20,000 nt of DNA, from positions 45,750 through 65,749 of the forward strand of contig JYFJ02001951.1 of NCBI GenBank assembly GCA_000934665.2. Direction: 5' to 3'. This DNA is from Catajapyx aquilonaris. Its lineage: Eukaryota. The notes under the pieces were generated by a model, which saw only the letters and a list, made by a program, of their open reading frames with translations, had not been told where the DNA came from and ran no database searches. Position 1 is the stretch's first letter. The number at the start of each line of letters is the position of its first letter. Below are positions 1 through 11,517 of the stretch, one piece after another. The position numbers were made by a program, and so were the translations under genes.

Positions 1-310
1 GCAATTGGGAGATTTGCTTGGCTAACTGCAGGCGTGATAATCGCATCTGATTGCACACTGAATGTTTGCATTTTCAGGATAAGATAACAGGGGCGAGCAA
101 ATAAGGCGTAGGATGATCTGCTTTTCATATTAGGAAGGTTTTGGTGGCCTTCTTTTTCCTTCCTTCTTTCCATCCCCTGGTCGTCCTTCAGGTTGTGTGC
201 GTGTCCTTTCTTCCTTTCTTGTGCTGCTCACTTCAACCACCCCACCCTGTGCCCACCCTCCCTCAGTAGAGAGGGGGTGAGATCCGGTGATGGAAGTTGT
301 GTTGGCCATC

Positions 311-339
311 TCTGAGAGGAAATAGTGGCCTCTTATATA
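311..339 (-). promoter_or_regulatory. Possible TATA plus Inr-like core promoter of a minus-strand transcript leaving the window
   Basis: TATATAAG at 339-332 followed by TCAGA at 315-311. No recognisable coding sequence follows within the window. Confidence 0.25.
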
Positions 340-1306
340 GCCACAGCGCAAGGTTGGGCATCTCCAAAGCAAAGTGTACGCGGTTACACGCTCGGATACA
401 TCCGAACAGGTACATACAAAGCAACTTCATTTTTTTCTCTCTCTCATCTCTATCACTTGTTGGCTGAGCCATAACGCGATTCTTCCGATAATTGCAAGCA
501 AGACCTTGGTGCAAATGGAATATTCGATGTTAAATTTACTGGCAGTAAATTCCGCATTTACCCCCGCTGGCGGCGCTTCTGATTGCCGCTAAACAATCAA
601 GGTTACCAATTATATCTGGCGGGTGCTTCCAATATTATTGAATCACCCCCTTTTTTTATTAGGTTAGAGGGGAAATGCTTTGAAATGGAGTAATTGTGTA
701 TTCATACGGCAGCGAGTAGTGCTTTGCATTTTTCATACGTGTTTCGTTTGACTTGCCGGCCCGCACTTGTTGCCTAATTGTTTGCAAATTTTTGTGCGCG
801 TGGTTTTGGGTCCAGACTTTTTCTCAAAGCTACATAAAAAAAATTGTACACATGTTGCTTTTACTTATTTCATCGACTTCACGGCATAAATCAGATTCAA
901 GGGTTCAGTTCCGTTGCGATATTTTCATGCTTGTTCGTAATCAGTGATTGCGCGATTTTTTTCGCCACCAATCACGACCAAATTCTGTCAATTTTTGTGG
1001 CTTTAAAGCTCGTTTTTTGTATATTTAAAAAAAGCGGACGTGTGAATAGCATTGTTGTTGGTGTTGCGTAACGCTTGTTGCTCGTCATTGTGTGCGAGTG
1101 CATGAAATGAGTGGAGTGGTATTCCGTGTGGTGCAGTACATCAAGTGCTTCACAGGTTGAAGGGTATACATGTGAGGAAATCGCGTGTCGAAAATCCCAA
1201 CGAGTTTCCCTCTCTTCCAACTGATAAGCATAATTTTAGTACGCATTAATATGCTAATATGTTGCTCGCGTACAGGTTCGTGCCAACCGCTCGAGATTTA
1301 AGTTGC

Positions 1307-1336
1307 ATTTTTTATTTTTTATTTTTTTATTTTTTT
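1307..1336. repeat. Low-complexity tandem (A T6-7)x4
   Basis: Four units of A followed by 6-7 T, read directly. Confidence 0.8.
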
Positions 1337-1827
1337 GCAAGAGCCTGGATTTGGGTGGGCAGCACGGGCATCATAATTAGTGCTTTGTCGGCTTGAATAG
1401 GATAATTGGCTCATTATGCATGGGGACAATCGCAGCAAGCAAATAATTACATGCGCCCTTCCAATTTTGAAACCGATTTCAAACATGGTTCGCTCTTGGG
1501 AAATGTATAATTATATATAGGGAGGGAAATGTGCTGGATTGTTGCTTCTCTGTTGGGGGGTTGTGCGTCACCCTGTACCAGCTCTTGCCTGTACATATTA
1601 TAACCCATGACCCAAATCCACGCCCGCTTCTTTGTTCCGTTATACGCTGCAGCACGTGTTCGCAGAGATATCCATCGAGCGAGGACGCAAAAGAATAATG
1701 GTAAATATTCGGTTATGAAGTGCTCCACATCTTGAAGCGATATTAATCTTCTGTTTCGGCTGGTTGCAAAAATGTTGTCACATCCGGCAACATTGCCACA
1801 CTAAAAACTCTGTCACACACATACCGT

Positions 1828-1856
1828 CACACACACACACACACACAGAGAGAGAG
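1828..1856. repeat. Compound microsatellite (CA)10(GA)4
   Basis: Read directly. Confidence 0.9.
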
Positions 1857-3106
1857 TAAGGGTCGTAGTTGCCGTGGCAACATATTGATTTAGGACCGGG
1901 TTTATTCATGCGAGGGCATTTTCGGCCAGCTTGTTGCACACACCCCGACCCATCCCACAAATTGAAAAAAAAAGGTAAAAAAAAGGGGGGGGTTGGGCGG
2001 GAATTACACCTCCCGTAGGATGATTAAAAGGCTTACAGAATTGATTCCATCGGGTCATAATAATCGGAGGCTGTCCCTTTCCATGTGCATGTCTGCTCGA
2101 ATATACTGTGTATATGAGCACAGCGGAGATGATTCATTCCCCATGATGCCGCCTACACATAATTGTCGCAAAAACATGAACGTACTGTTCATGGAAAAGT
2201 GATGAGTGCGTACGTGGTTGACTATTAAGGTGTCTGCCCCCATTGGTTGACTCACGCACATTCATGGGGACATTCGTATGGAACCAAAACGGGCTGGGTA
2301 TAGCGGACCGGTTCCGGAACGGGTCAGTTTCTCGTATGTTGAACCCACCGGTAGCCACCAAATTAAACATCCTGAAAAGATAGCTGCACGGCTTTATCTC
2401 GCATTGATGTCAATGACCACCTGATGTCAGTGTGTACGTACGTACTCGCTGCACAGTAATTAAGCCCAAGGACCCAGGCGATGATGACACTTGGAGCCAA
2501 TCAAACGTCCGCTGTTTTAGACTGATTGGATTACTCACTATGCGAATTTATTATTGAGTGTGGGTTGGTTTTTAATCAGGAAGCAGAGCCTGCAATCTTC
2601 ATATAATATGCAAAAAAAAAAGGAAAAGTTTGAATCCAATAAGAGCATTCAAGATGGGAGGGAATAAGCTAGTTGTTCCCCCCAGCAACCAGTGGTCTGG
2701 ATGCTAAAGAGCAGAAATAATAATCGGTTTGATTTGGATTCATTGTGGGACGCAGAGGAACCTAAGGCCGTGAATATTTGGCTTTAGTTGCCTCTGCTCT
2801 CCCCATTGGCCCATGTGTATAGATTTTTTTTTTTTTAAAAAAAAGAAAGGCTCTGCACAGCCTGCATAAATATCTGCACAGTGTTTACCAGCAGCAACAT
2901 TGGTTGCCCCCTGATGTGCTGTTAAATGAGATAACGAGCAAGCGTTGGCTTTACTGCATTGCTTTTGTGGGGATTGCATGTGAACTTTGTAACTGCCCCT
3001 TTGTGGACTCCCAACTTTTGGACCAAAGAGTAACAAGAAGTGTTTTGGTCCCATGCAGGTTGAGCGTCGTCGTCGTCATCGTTAGTTGGAGGCAGCGTCG
3101 AGCAGC

Positions 3107-3490
3107 ATGCAAATAGCGACGTCGTACCTGGGCCACCTCCTGGTGACGATATGGCGTCGCAAGTCAACCATCCTAGGAGCCTGTGCAGGGCTGGTGGTCC
3201 TTCTTCTATGCGTGCAGTACTCCTCCGTGGGCAATGGAACCAGGCCCCAGGCTGTCCTGCCTGGACCGTCCTCTCAGGAGGCACTGAAGCAGTCCCTCAG
3301 GATTCTGCACAGGAGTGGGCATCCCGGAGGAGTAGGCACCCCACCCATCAGGGATGAGGAAGAGGACACATCCAAGAACCACCACCAGTCGCTGCCGTCA
3401 TCCGTGGCAGCCAAAGTGATCAACGTTGTCCGCTTTGTGCCCACAGTCAACCAACCTCTGGAGAGGCATGCCCCGGTCCAGGAACAAGCC
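3107..3490 (+). CDS. HEXD: Hexosaminidase D-like (GH20), coding exon 1: short basic N-tail, signal-anchor and start of stem (128 codons)
   Basis: ATG at 3107, downstream of an acceptor (..ttttggtcccatgcag|, exon start 3059). Translation MQIATSYLGHLLVTIWRRKSTILGACAGLVVLLLCVQY. Ends at a phase-0 GTGAGT donor (3491) that matches the phase-0 acceptor at 4851. Confidence 0.8.
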
Positions 3491-4851
3491 GTGAGTTGTA
3501 GCATCCAACAGGCGACCAAAAATTTCTAATGAAGCCGTGGCCTGAAACTGATCTGATAATAATTTGTCCACCTCGGTCTCAGCACGGGGTACAAAATTAA
3601 TTTATTAATAGATCTGATAATTTGGCAAAGTATGTAATCTGCAATTTCATGTAGAGTTGGGCCGTGGAGTCCATTTGCCTCCTGGCCCTATAGAATGGGC
3701 TGCCGCTAACAAAAGTTTCAGAACTGCGGTGCCATCCTATCGTGTCCAAAAATGACTATTTTTTTTCTTGGGAGATGGTCTGATGGGAAGGAAGTTTAAC
3801 TTGCATGCCAACTGTGCAGGAGGATTTCCCTGCACCGGGAATTTCCTGCAATTGTCTGGAAGTTTCATGCACTTTTTGCATGACGGACACAAAAGTTTCC
3901 TTCCATCCTCTCTCCCTTGAAAACCAGGCAGTGAGAACATGCTGCAGTGCCGTGAGCTGTGTCTGGGTTATTTAGAGGGCATTTGTTATTGAAGGCTTGG
4001 ATGGTAATTGGTGGGGTCTACTCATTAGCTGAAGTTTGCTTCATTTTGCTTAATTGTAATGGAAATAAAGGCATTCGGCTTCCATGCAGCCGCTGAGCAC
4101 ACTTTTCAATAATAACGGCTGTAAGTATAGGCTTGAATGTAATAGCTTTTATGCAGGTACCGTTGTGGTGTTAAAGTGGTGTAATTGCATTCGCAACCAC
4201 TGTAACATAATGTATTGCAAATTTGAAAGTTATTGGATTATTCAGTGATGAATATTTATACCACATGCGGTGATAAAAGGCTACCCGCATGTTAACAATG
4301 TGCACTTGTGGGAATTTCTATACTCCTATTAATAGGTATTGGTACGTTGTAATATTCTTGAACAAGTGCGGCATAGCAGCAGGCTTGCGTAGTTGGCTGA
4401 GGGTAATCACTTCAGATTCTTTGGTTATGTCATCATTGGCTGTCACACGTAATAGCCTTCCATTGTATTACATCCAACATTGTCAGATGTCGTTGTCGTA
4501 TGCAACTCATGTAATTATTATCCAAGCATGCAGGAGTAGTGGAGGGGAGTCTTCCGGCATTTCCCCCTCCCTGCCGCAACCCACAGGCTACTCCGACAAA
4601 AGGTAGCACTTCCTGTAAACAATACAGGAACAAATGGTTTTTTTTGGCTGCTTCCCTCAGGTCATGTTCTGAAATATTCAGCGTGATCCAATTGAAAATA
4701 ATTAGTGGAGTTATTTTTAGTGGTTGTCAACAGTTTTCATTGGCGATGTTCGGTTGCTTGGCCACATTTCAATTGGAACGTCCTGTATAGTTTTTAAAAA
4801 TGTGCTGCGCTTACTACTTGAACGTGTAACTGATGCTGATTCTTGCTTTAG

Positions 4852-6678
4852 GTGGTGGACGAGGCACATGCAGCTGAGCTGGCACTTCAGGACACTCCGA
4901 GCCGTGACGAGATAGCCCTGGCCCGACGACGAGCTGCCCTGGACCGACGGCAGTCGTCAGAGCAGAAGGTGGTTCATGTAGCGGTGGCCAGCTCCTCCTC
5001 GGCACATCAGCTGATGCAACTGGCTGTCCAGCAGCACCAGAAGCAGCAGCAGCTGCAGCAGGAGGCAGGGTCATGGAATTACGCATACCAGCAGGGTGTC
5101 CAGTCGGATGGACTTCCCACAGCTGACTTGGACCCGCTGCACCCTTACATCCCTCAGCACCGTTTGGTTCACCTTGATTTGAAGGGTGCTCCACCCAAGA
5201 TTGAGTTCCTGAAGAAGCTGTTGCCGCTAGCTAAGCGTCTGGGTGCCACAGGACTGCTTCTGGAGTGGGAGGACATGTATCCGTTCAGGGGGTCCCTGTC
5301 CACCGTCTCCACCAAGAACCACTACAGCCGGCGAGAGGTGATGACCATTCTGGATATTGCCAGGAGCCAGCAGCTGGAGGTCATCCCACTGGTGCAGACC
5401 TTTGGTCACCTTGAGTTTGCCCTGAAGCACCCTGCTTTTGAGCATCTCCGAGAGGTGGCAGAAATACCTCAAGCCCTGTGCCCGTCCCAGAACGATTCCT
5501 TCCAGTTCATACAGCGGATGGTCGAGCAGGTGATGAGTGTGCACAAGAAGGCCAGGTTCCTGCACATTGGATGCGACGAGGTGTTCCACATGGGCGAGTG
5601 CTCCCTGTGCCGGCAGCACTCCAGGGAGGATATCTTCTTGAACCACGTTTCCAGGGTGGCCAAGTGGGTCCGACACAGGTTCAACGTCACCCCAATCATA
5701 TGGGATGACATGCTGAGGCAAATTCCAGTCCAGATGATGGAAACGGCCGAGATTGGCTCCTTGGTGGAGCCCATGGTGTGGGTGTATGCAGAGGACGTGT
5801 ACCGGTTTGTACCCACAGGGGTGTGGGACAAGTACTCGCGGATCTTCACGCACGTGTGGTCGGCCAGTGCCTTCAAGGGTGCGTTTGGAGAGACATTGGT
5901 GGTGCCTGATGTGCGCCGTCATCTCGAAAACAACCTGAAGTGGCTGGAGGTCATGAGTCGAGAAGGAGAGAAGTTCCAGGGAGGCTTTAGAGGCATTGCC
6001 ATCACTGGATGGCAACGGTATGACCACTTCGCTGTGCTTTGCGAGCTCCTTCCTGCTGGGGTGCCATCACTGGCTGTCAACCTGCTGGCCACCAGTCACG
6101 GCTACTTCAACCAGAGCCTCCGCCGTGAGCTGTTCTCAGCACTAGGATGTGCTCAGACTCCCAAGTACGAGTCCTTCCTCAACCTGGCCTCTGACCCTTA
6201 CCTTTGGGACAAGGTGTCCTGGTGCTTCTTCCCAGGGTCCAGCTTCTTCAAGTTGACTGCTCGCCTCGCTGCAGTGGAGCGGGAAGTCGGAGAGTACGTA
6301 ACAAGTGTGACCAGGTCCAAGGCTTGGTTGACAGACTTTAACATCCGCCACAATTTCTCAAGTCCAATGAGGCTTGAAGAAGCCCTGGCCGACCACCCTA
6401 GAATATACCACACGGTACTCCTGCTGCTCAAGACAGCCAAGGAGGCACTAGGTGAAGTTTTTGACATTTACACCGTTGCCGAGTGGATCGAGCAGAAGGT
6501 GTACCCGATGCTCAAGAGCCTGGAGGACATCGAGAAGGTGGCGCAGAGCATGAAGGAGGTGAAGGTGTGGCCTGCGAGGCCATTCCCGCCTCTGGGACAT
6601 CTCAAGAAATATGGCATTTCCCTGGAAGAAAAGACCGGGAACAACAACAGTGCTCAGCCCAACAGGCTGGGCTACTGA
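4852..6678 (+). CDS. HEXD: Hexosaminidase D-like (GH20), coding exon 2 with the whole catalytic domain; full protein 736 aa
   Basis: 608-codon ORF after tcttgctttag| acceptor. HEXD-type motifs RLVHLDLKGAPPK, GLLLEWEDMYPF, IPLVQTFGHLEF, catalytic HIGCDEV (D-E pair at 5575-5580), IIWDDMLR, WSASAFKGA, ITGWQRYDHFAVLCELLP. Stop TGA at 6676-6678. Confidence 0.93.
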   Translation: MVDEAHAAELALQDTPSRDEIALARRRAALDRRQSSEQKVVHVAVASSSSAHQLMQLAVQQHQKQQQLQQEAGSWNYAYQQGVQSDGLPTADLDPLHPYIPQHRLVHLDLKGAPPKIEFLKKLLPLAKRLGATGLLLEWEDMYPFRGSLSTVSTKNHYSRREVMTILDIARSQQLEVIPLVQTFGHLEFALKHPAFEHLREVAEIPQALCPSQNDSFQFIQRMVEQVMSVHKKARFLHIGCDEVFHMGECSLCRQHSREDIFLNHVSRVAKWVRHRFNVTPIIWDDMLRQIPVQMMETAEIGSLVEPMVWVYAEDVYRFVPTGVWDKYSRIFTHVWSASAFKGAFGETLVVPDVRRHLENNLKWLEVMSREGEKFQGGFRGIAITGWQRYDHFAVLCELLPAGVPSLAVNLLATSHGYFNQSLRRELFSALGCAQTPKYESFLNLASDPYLWDKVSWCFFPGSSFFKLTARLAAVEREVGEYVTSVTRSKAWLTDFNIRHNFSSPMRLEEALADHPRIYHTVLLLLKTAKEALGEVFDIYTVAEWIEQKVYPMLKSLEDIEKVAQSMKEVKVWPARPFPPLGHLKKYGISLEEKTGNNNSAQPNRLGY

Positions 6679-7755
6679 ATTCATTGTTGCCAGGAATGAG
6701 AGGGGAAGAGAGAAGGCGTGGTCATCGCCTCAGGAAACTTCTACCAAAGGCATTTACGTGTGGAAAGTGTGCTCCTGTGATAGTACTTTTGCGACTGAAT
6801 TTACACAAGGTTCCCTCGTCAGAACTCAGCGGTTGTAGATCGTTACGTGATGTTGTCTCTATTGTTGAAAATAATATAGATACTGTTGCCAGCCACACTG
6901 TTATATCTCTGGTTTTTTTGGAGGTGCTTAGCAAAGTTTGTGAACAACGGTGAGCAAAAATCCACAAATCTACATTGTGAAATATTGTAAGGCAGGAATT
7001 GATTATTTTTTATTATTACATCTGATCATAGATTAACATCACCTTTAAAGGTATTTCCAAGAACGACAGGACATTGAGGAAGTAGTAGGAAATGTTACTT
7101 TCTAAGCACCGCCATGTAAATTATGAAATTAACAATGATGCAATTAGGAGTAATGGCACGTTAGGCACTTATGCTACGAATGAGCATGCAGGGAGAATAA
7201 TTGCTTGGAGTGTTACAGAAAACATTCCTTTTCGATCCAGAACATTATGCCATACTTCCAGTAAAAGGTGTGCATTGTCCCAGCTTGCCATGCAGGAGAG
7301 TGGCCGTGGCTTGATTGATCCTGGCACGTATGCCGTAACTTTTACTTGGGATTTGAACTCTCTCTTTGTCAATGGCATTGTGGCATAATGCTGCAGATAC
7401 GCTGAAACTGCAGTTAATCTGCAAAATTATGCTCGCATTTTTACCACCAGTACTCTGCTGCAACTAGTGTGACCCTGTTCATCTGGTGATTTTAAGGTCT
7501 CATAGAGTTTTACGTGCTTTTACAGGCGCCCATTAACTGATAGTTGTCATTCGCCATGCAGTAGTGCTGATATGTTCATTGCAGATATAACCTATAATTA
7601 ATTGGCCAGTACTTTGCGACCAACATTGCATCATAACGTAAAATTATACGACATCCAAGTAACATGGTGTGTTGTGATAGCCTCTTCTCATTATTTGTTG
7701 ACTCGTGATTTATCTCCCTCGTCCCCAACAACTTGTTGCAAAAGGAGTCAGAAGA

Positions 7756-7761
7756 AATAAA
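7756..7761 (+). terminator. Candidate polyadenylation signal of HEXD (distal alternative at 9559-9564)
   Basis: AATAAA hexamers downstream of the stop at 6678, in AT-rich sequence without convincing ORFs. Confidence 0.3.
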
Positions 7762-9598
7762 TAGAATACATCCGAAAGAGTCGCAATGTATGTTTCACTA
7801 TACATTGCGACCCTTTCGAATGTGTGCTATTTGCTAGCCTGTATACAGATATTAATAATTGGTAATTTTTTGAAAGCAAATGAATAATTATCTTCCATCG
7901 TCATTACTAGAGCAGTCTTATTGAAACCCTAATGGTGCATGAGGGCGTAGACTTCATCTGGCAGCTTATTCTAAATAGTTTTATTCCCCTTCCCCAATCA
8001 CTATAAATACACCCTGCAAAATGTTTCTGAAGTAATGTGTACGTATATTATGGGACGTTAGTGTTAGGAGTCAGTGACATTTGGGACCAGAGAAAACAAT
8101 GTGATGTAATTCCTTGTGTTTGGTGAGTTGTTACATGCATCCCAGGCACTAACTTCTGATGGACATATCAATAATTCTCGTTATTGCGTCTGCAATAGAT
8201 ATACTGACAGAGAACTTTAATGAGCAAAGATGTTGCTGGTATTTTTGTCTGCAAAGTGATATCTGTGTGATTTTGATCCACATTGGATTGGTGTACATAC
8301 GTTTGTGCCAAAGCTGCAGTCGTGTAGCGTAATGTACTTAACAGTGTCCACATGTTTTGGATAATATTGTACTACTGATACATTGTAAGGAAGTCTATTA
8401 ATATGCCCTAGATTATACTGTATTCTGTAAAATGGTGCACATAATTATGTCCACCTCTGGTAGTTATTCCACGTTGGACTCATCTGCTGAGGCTGTCTTC
8501 CAAAACATGCTTATGCACGAAACTATGCTAAATGAAATAATTGGAATTTATTTGAGCGAAGCAAACGTTATTATGACCTTTCTGAATGCATTTCTTACTC
8601 TTCTCACATTTTGATAATCATTCTTTGAATTCTTGCTGAACGTACGATGGCAGTAGATGAGCTTCTCTTTTCAAATAACTACTGGGAGGTTTGGGTAATA
8701 ATGAGATCAGTGAATTGTATACTGATACTTTTATGTGCAGATGTTTAAAAAAAAGTTACATAATAATATGTACTTATCTGACTTGTGTAACATGAGTGAA
8801 TCTGTAGTATTACGTCAGATCGAGACACGAGTAGTTCTAAAGTAGTTTCTGGAATGTACAGGATAATGACTGAGTAATTAATTCAAAAGTAACAGCTCCA
8901 AAAATTCGTTATGCCAGAGATTTGTAATTTATGCAGTGCCCATTTGAAAGTAAAATTGTAATTACTATTTGGCTATTTAGTACTTGACACGCATTTTTCA
9001 TTAAAACAGGATTGGAATTACTGTACTCGTCACTAATTAAAATACTAGCAGTGCTATTGCAGAGCAGTGGACTTGACAGTATAGTGACGCTGACAGCCTC
9101 ATTAAATTTTAGAAGTTCTAGCTATTTAATTACTGATTCCACATTAGGCTGTACTCGACCTGCCTGCCTTTTCTCACGTCGTGCTGCTGCGTGTAATCCA
9201 AGGCCTTTTTCCTTACAATTAATAATTACAAAAGTAATCAACATAAAAGTCATTTTGATACCAGAAATTTATTTACTAGTATTATTATATGCTTTGGAAA
9301 ATTACTGTTCTCAAGAATGCCATTGCAGGGAAGATTGCAGTCAGTATAACTTAAATGTGATTTGGATACCACAAGTACTAGTTTTTGTGTGTGCATGTGT
9401 CGGAAGATGTTTTGGACACTTGGTACCGCATGTGTACATATTTTGCATTAATAATTGTTGCAGGAAGAGTACTGAAATTCGGATAATCTGTGGAGGTGCC
9501 AAATAACACGGGCACATTAAATACGTAGGAAATGAAAGTAATGGAAGGTACCTATATGAATAAAGTACGAATAATTATATAAATTGCTGTGAATTGGA

Positions 9599-10352
9599 TA
9601 GGGTGTCCCCCAAATGTGCGTTTGTTCTACAATATGTGCGACGATGTTTTGCAGAAATAGACCAGCAACCCGGCTGTGTATTCAGGTGTTCAGGCCAATT
9701 ATTTGCATAATCTGTCCACACACACACACACACACACACACTGATTGTCTGATGCGGCGAAAAATAAAGCAACATTAAACAACACGCTATTGAAGGATTT
9801 TCCGACCTTCCATTATTATACCGGTGATTTTTACCTGCTCCAGTGATTTTTCTGTAGTAATTTTGTTGCAAAATCGTCGACATTGTTTTGCGCCAATCTT
9901 TGCACATTCTTCCTAGGTGTCCCTGGAGGTATTGTGTGCGTGTCTTATGTGAACAGATATATGATTAATTATTCCAGGCCTGTAACACCTGTGCGGTTCC
10001 ATTCGTATGTTTGGCCCTTTTTTTGCGAAACATTGTCCATGTATGGTTACATAATGTATTGTATGTCTCCCTATTTAGGGAGTGCCTGTGAAAGTAATGG
10101 TTGTTGTTGTTTTTCTATTACCAGTGTTTTAAATATATAGTCTCTCGTTTTCAGTGTATAAATGTCTAATAAAAATGATACCTTTAAATCCATATAGTGT
10201 TGAAGCGCGTATATGACAAAACTGTACAGTGCAGTAATTTGTGCGTATATAATGTAATTTTGGGAATAATAAATAATATATAATACGACGCATCGTTTCA
10301 TTACGTTTGCTACATTGGGCTTGTATACATGAATTGTTGGGTACACCCTGTA
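9599..10352. mobile_element. Possible degenerate Tc1/mariner-type MITE
   Basis: Left end TAGGGTGTCCCCCAA versus right end (reverse complement) TA-CAGGGTGTACCCAA. CAGGGTG next to TA is a common Tc1/mariner terminus. The match is short and the left TA target site is imperfect. Confidence 0.22.
9717..9740. repeat. Microsatellite (CA)12
   Basis: Read directly. Confidence 0.92.
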
Positions 10353-10618
10353 TATAATGTACGTATATATCAATGGAGCATTGCATCACTGTAGCGTGTG
10401 AATCACTGCGATTCCTGGTAACCGCGTTGGCCTTTTTTTCCCGAAAAAAATCCCTCAGTACGACACCAGTACGTACGTACATGAAAACGTAGCACCTTTT
10501 TCAGTGCGAATCGATTTGATCGACGTTGTGTTACCAGGAGACTCGTCGCAACACCCAGTTTTTTTAAAAAAAGGTCTGGCAGCGATCACGCCATGTTATT
10601 AGTGACAGCACCAGCAGG

Positions 10619-11452
10619 ATGGAGAGCAGCGGATCGGTCAAGGTTCAGCTGACCGCCGTGATGGTGAACGGCACCACACTGGTCACCTACGAGACGGACA
10701 GGTCGGGTCAGGTGGCGGTGACCTCCTTCCTGGTCATCCTCTTCTCGGCGTCGATGGCCTGCAACTTCCTGGTCATCGTCACCGTCTGTCTCAGCCACTC
10801 CTTAAGACGGCTGACCTTTAACCTCCTGCTGCTCAACCTCTGCGTGACCAGCATCTGCGACGCTGTCAACATGGCCCTCTCGGCAGTGTACGTCGTCCTG
10901 CTGAGCACAGCCAGTCCGACCTTCTGCGCGGTCAGCACCACCACGGGTCAGGTGGCGGTCACCATGCTGACCTGGGCAATCCTGGTGCTTTGGGTCGACC
11001 GGACATTGGCCGTGTGTCATCCGACTTTCTACAATGCGACGGTCACTCTAGGTGTCCTCCGAGTGGTGCTGGCCATCGTCTGGCTCTCCGGAGTCCTCCT
11101 GTGCTTCCCTGTGGTATTCAGCATGATACGAAGCGCACCGTACAAGGACCGGTTCTGTTGTGGTGTAGCCGATCCGGGTGGGTACGTCTACACTGCCGGA
11201 GTGTCCGTCGTTGGGTTCCTGGTGCCCTATTTGACTGTGGTGCTCTGTGCGTTGCGGGTGTACGTCGCGTACCGGCGGCACCGACGGAAGATGGCCAAAC
11301 GAGTGTTCACCGCCGGGGGACTATGGACCAACGAGCTGCCCAATTTGACCGTACTGGTCGTACTTGGAGTACTGTACGTCCTTCTGGTGCTACCGCATGT
11401 CCTGACGGTACAGATACAACAGCTGTCATACAATGGGACGACTACAAAAGAG
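10619..11452 (+). CDS. Orphan rhodopsin-like (class A) GPCR, coding exon 1 (TM1-TM6, 278 codons)
   Basis: Six hydrophobic segments. N-terminal NGT sequon, TM1 ..ACNFLVIVTV, TM2 LLNLCVTS, Cys at top of TM3, DRTLAV (10997-11005 = DRT), TM4 Trp, ECL2 Cys (RFCC), TM5 GFLVP, TM6 LVLPH. Phase-0 donor AG|GTATTT at 11453, where composition turns AT-rich. Confidence 0.85.
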
Positions 11453-11517
11453 GTATTTGTTACATTTTGTAGAGGAATTATTAATGTTTTAATTACGATT
11501 AAATTAAGGCTCAGCAG

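Noticed and set aside
905..910. TCAGTT Inr consensus as HEXD transcription start
   Set aside because: A single hexamer with no DPE at +28 to +32 and no clear downstream donor; not supportable without transcript data.
5227..6027. 266-aa antisense ORF and other ORFs overlapping HEXD and the GPCR
   Set aside because: Shadow ORFs expected from GC3-biased codon usage on the sense strand; no recognisable motifs.
9012..9506. 164-aa ORF downstream of HEXD
   Set aside because: TTG start, AT-rich, no motifs. Consistent with 3'UTR or intergenic sequence.
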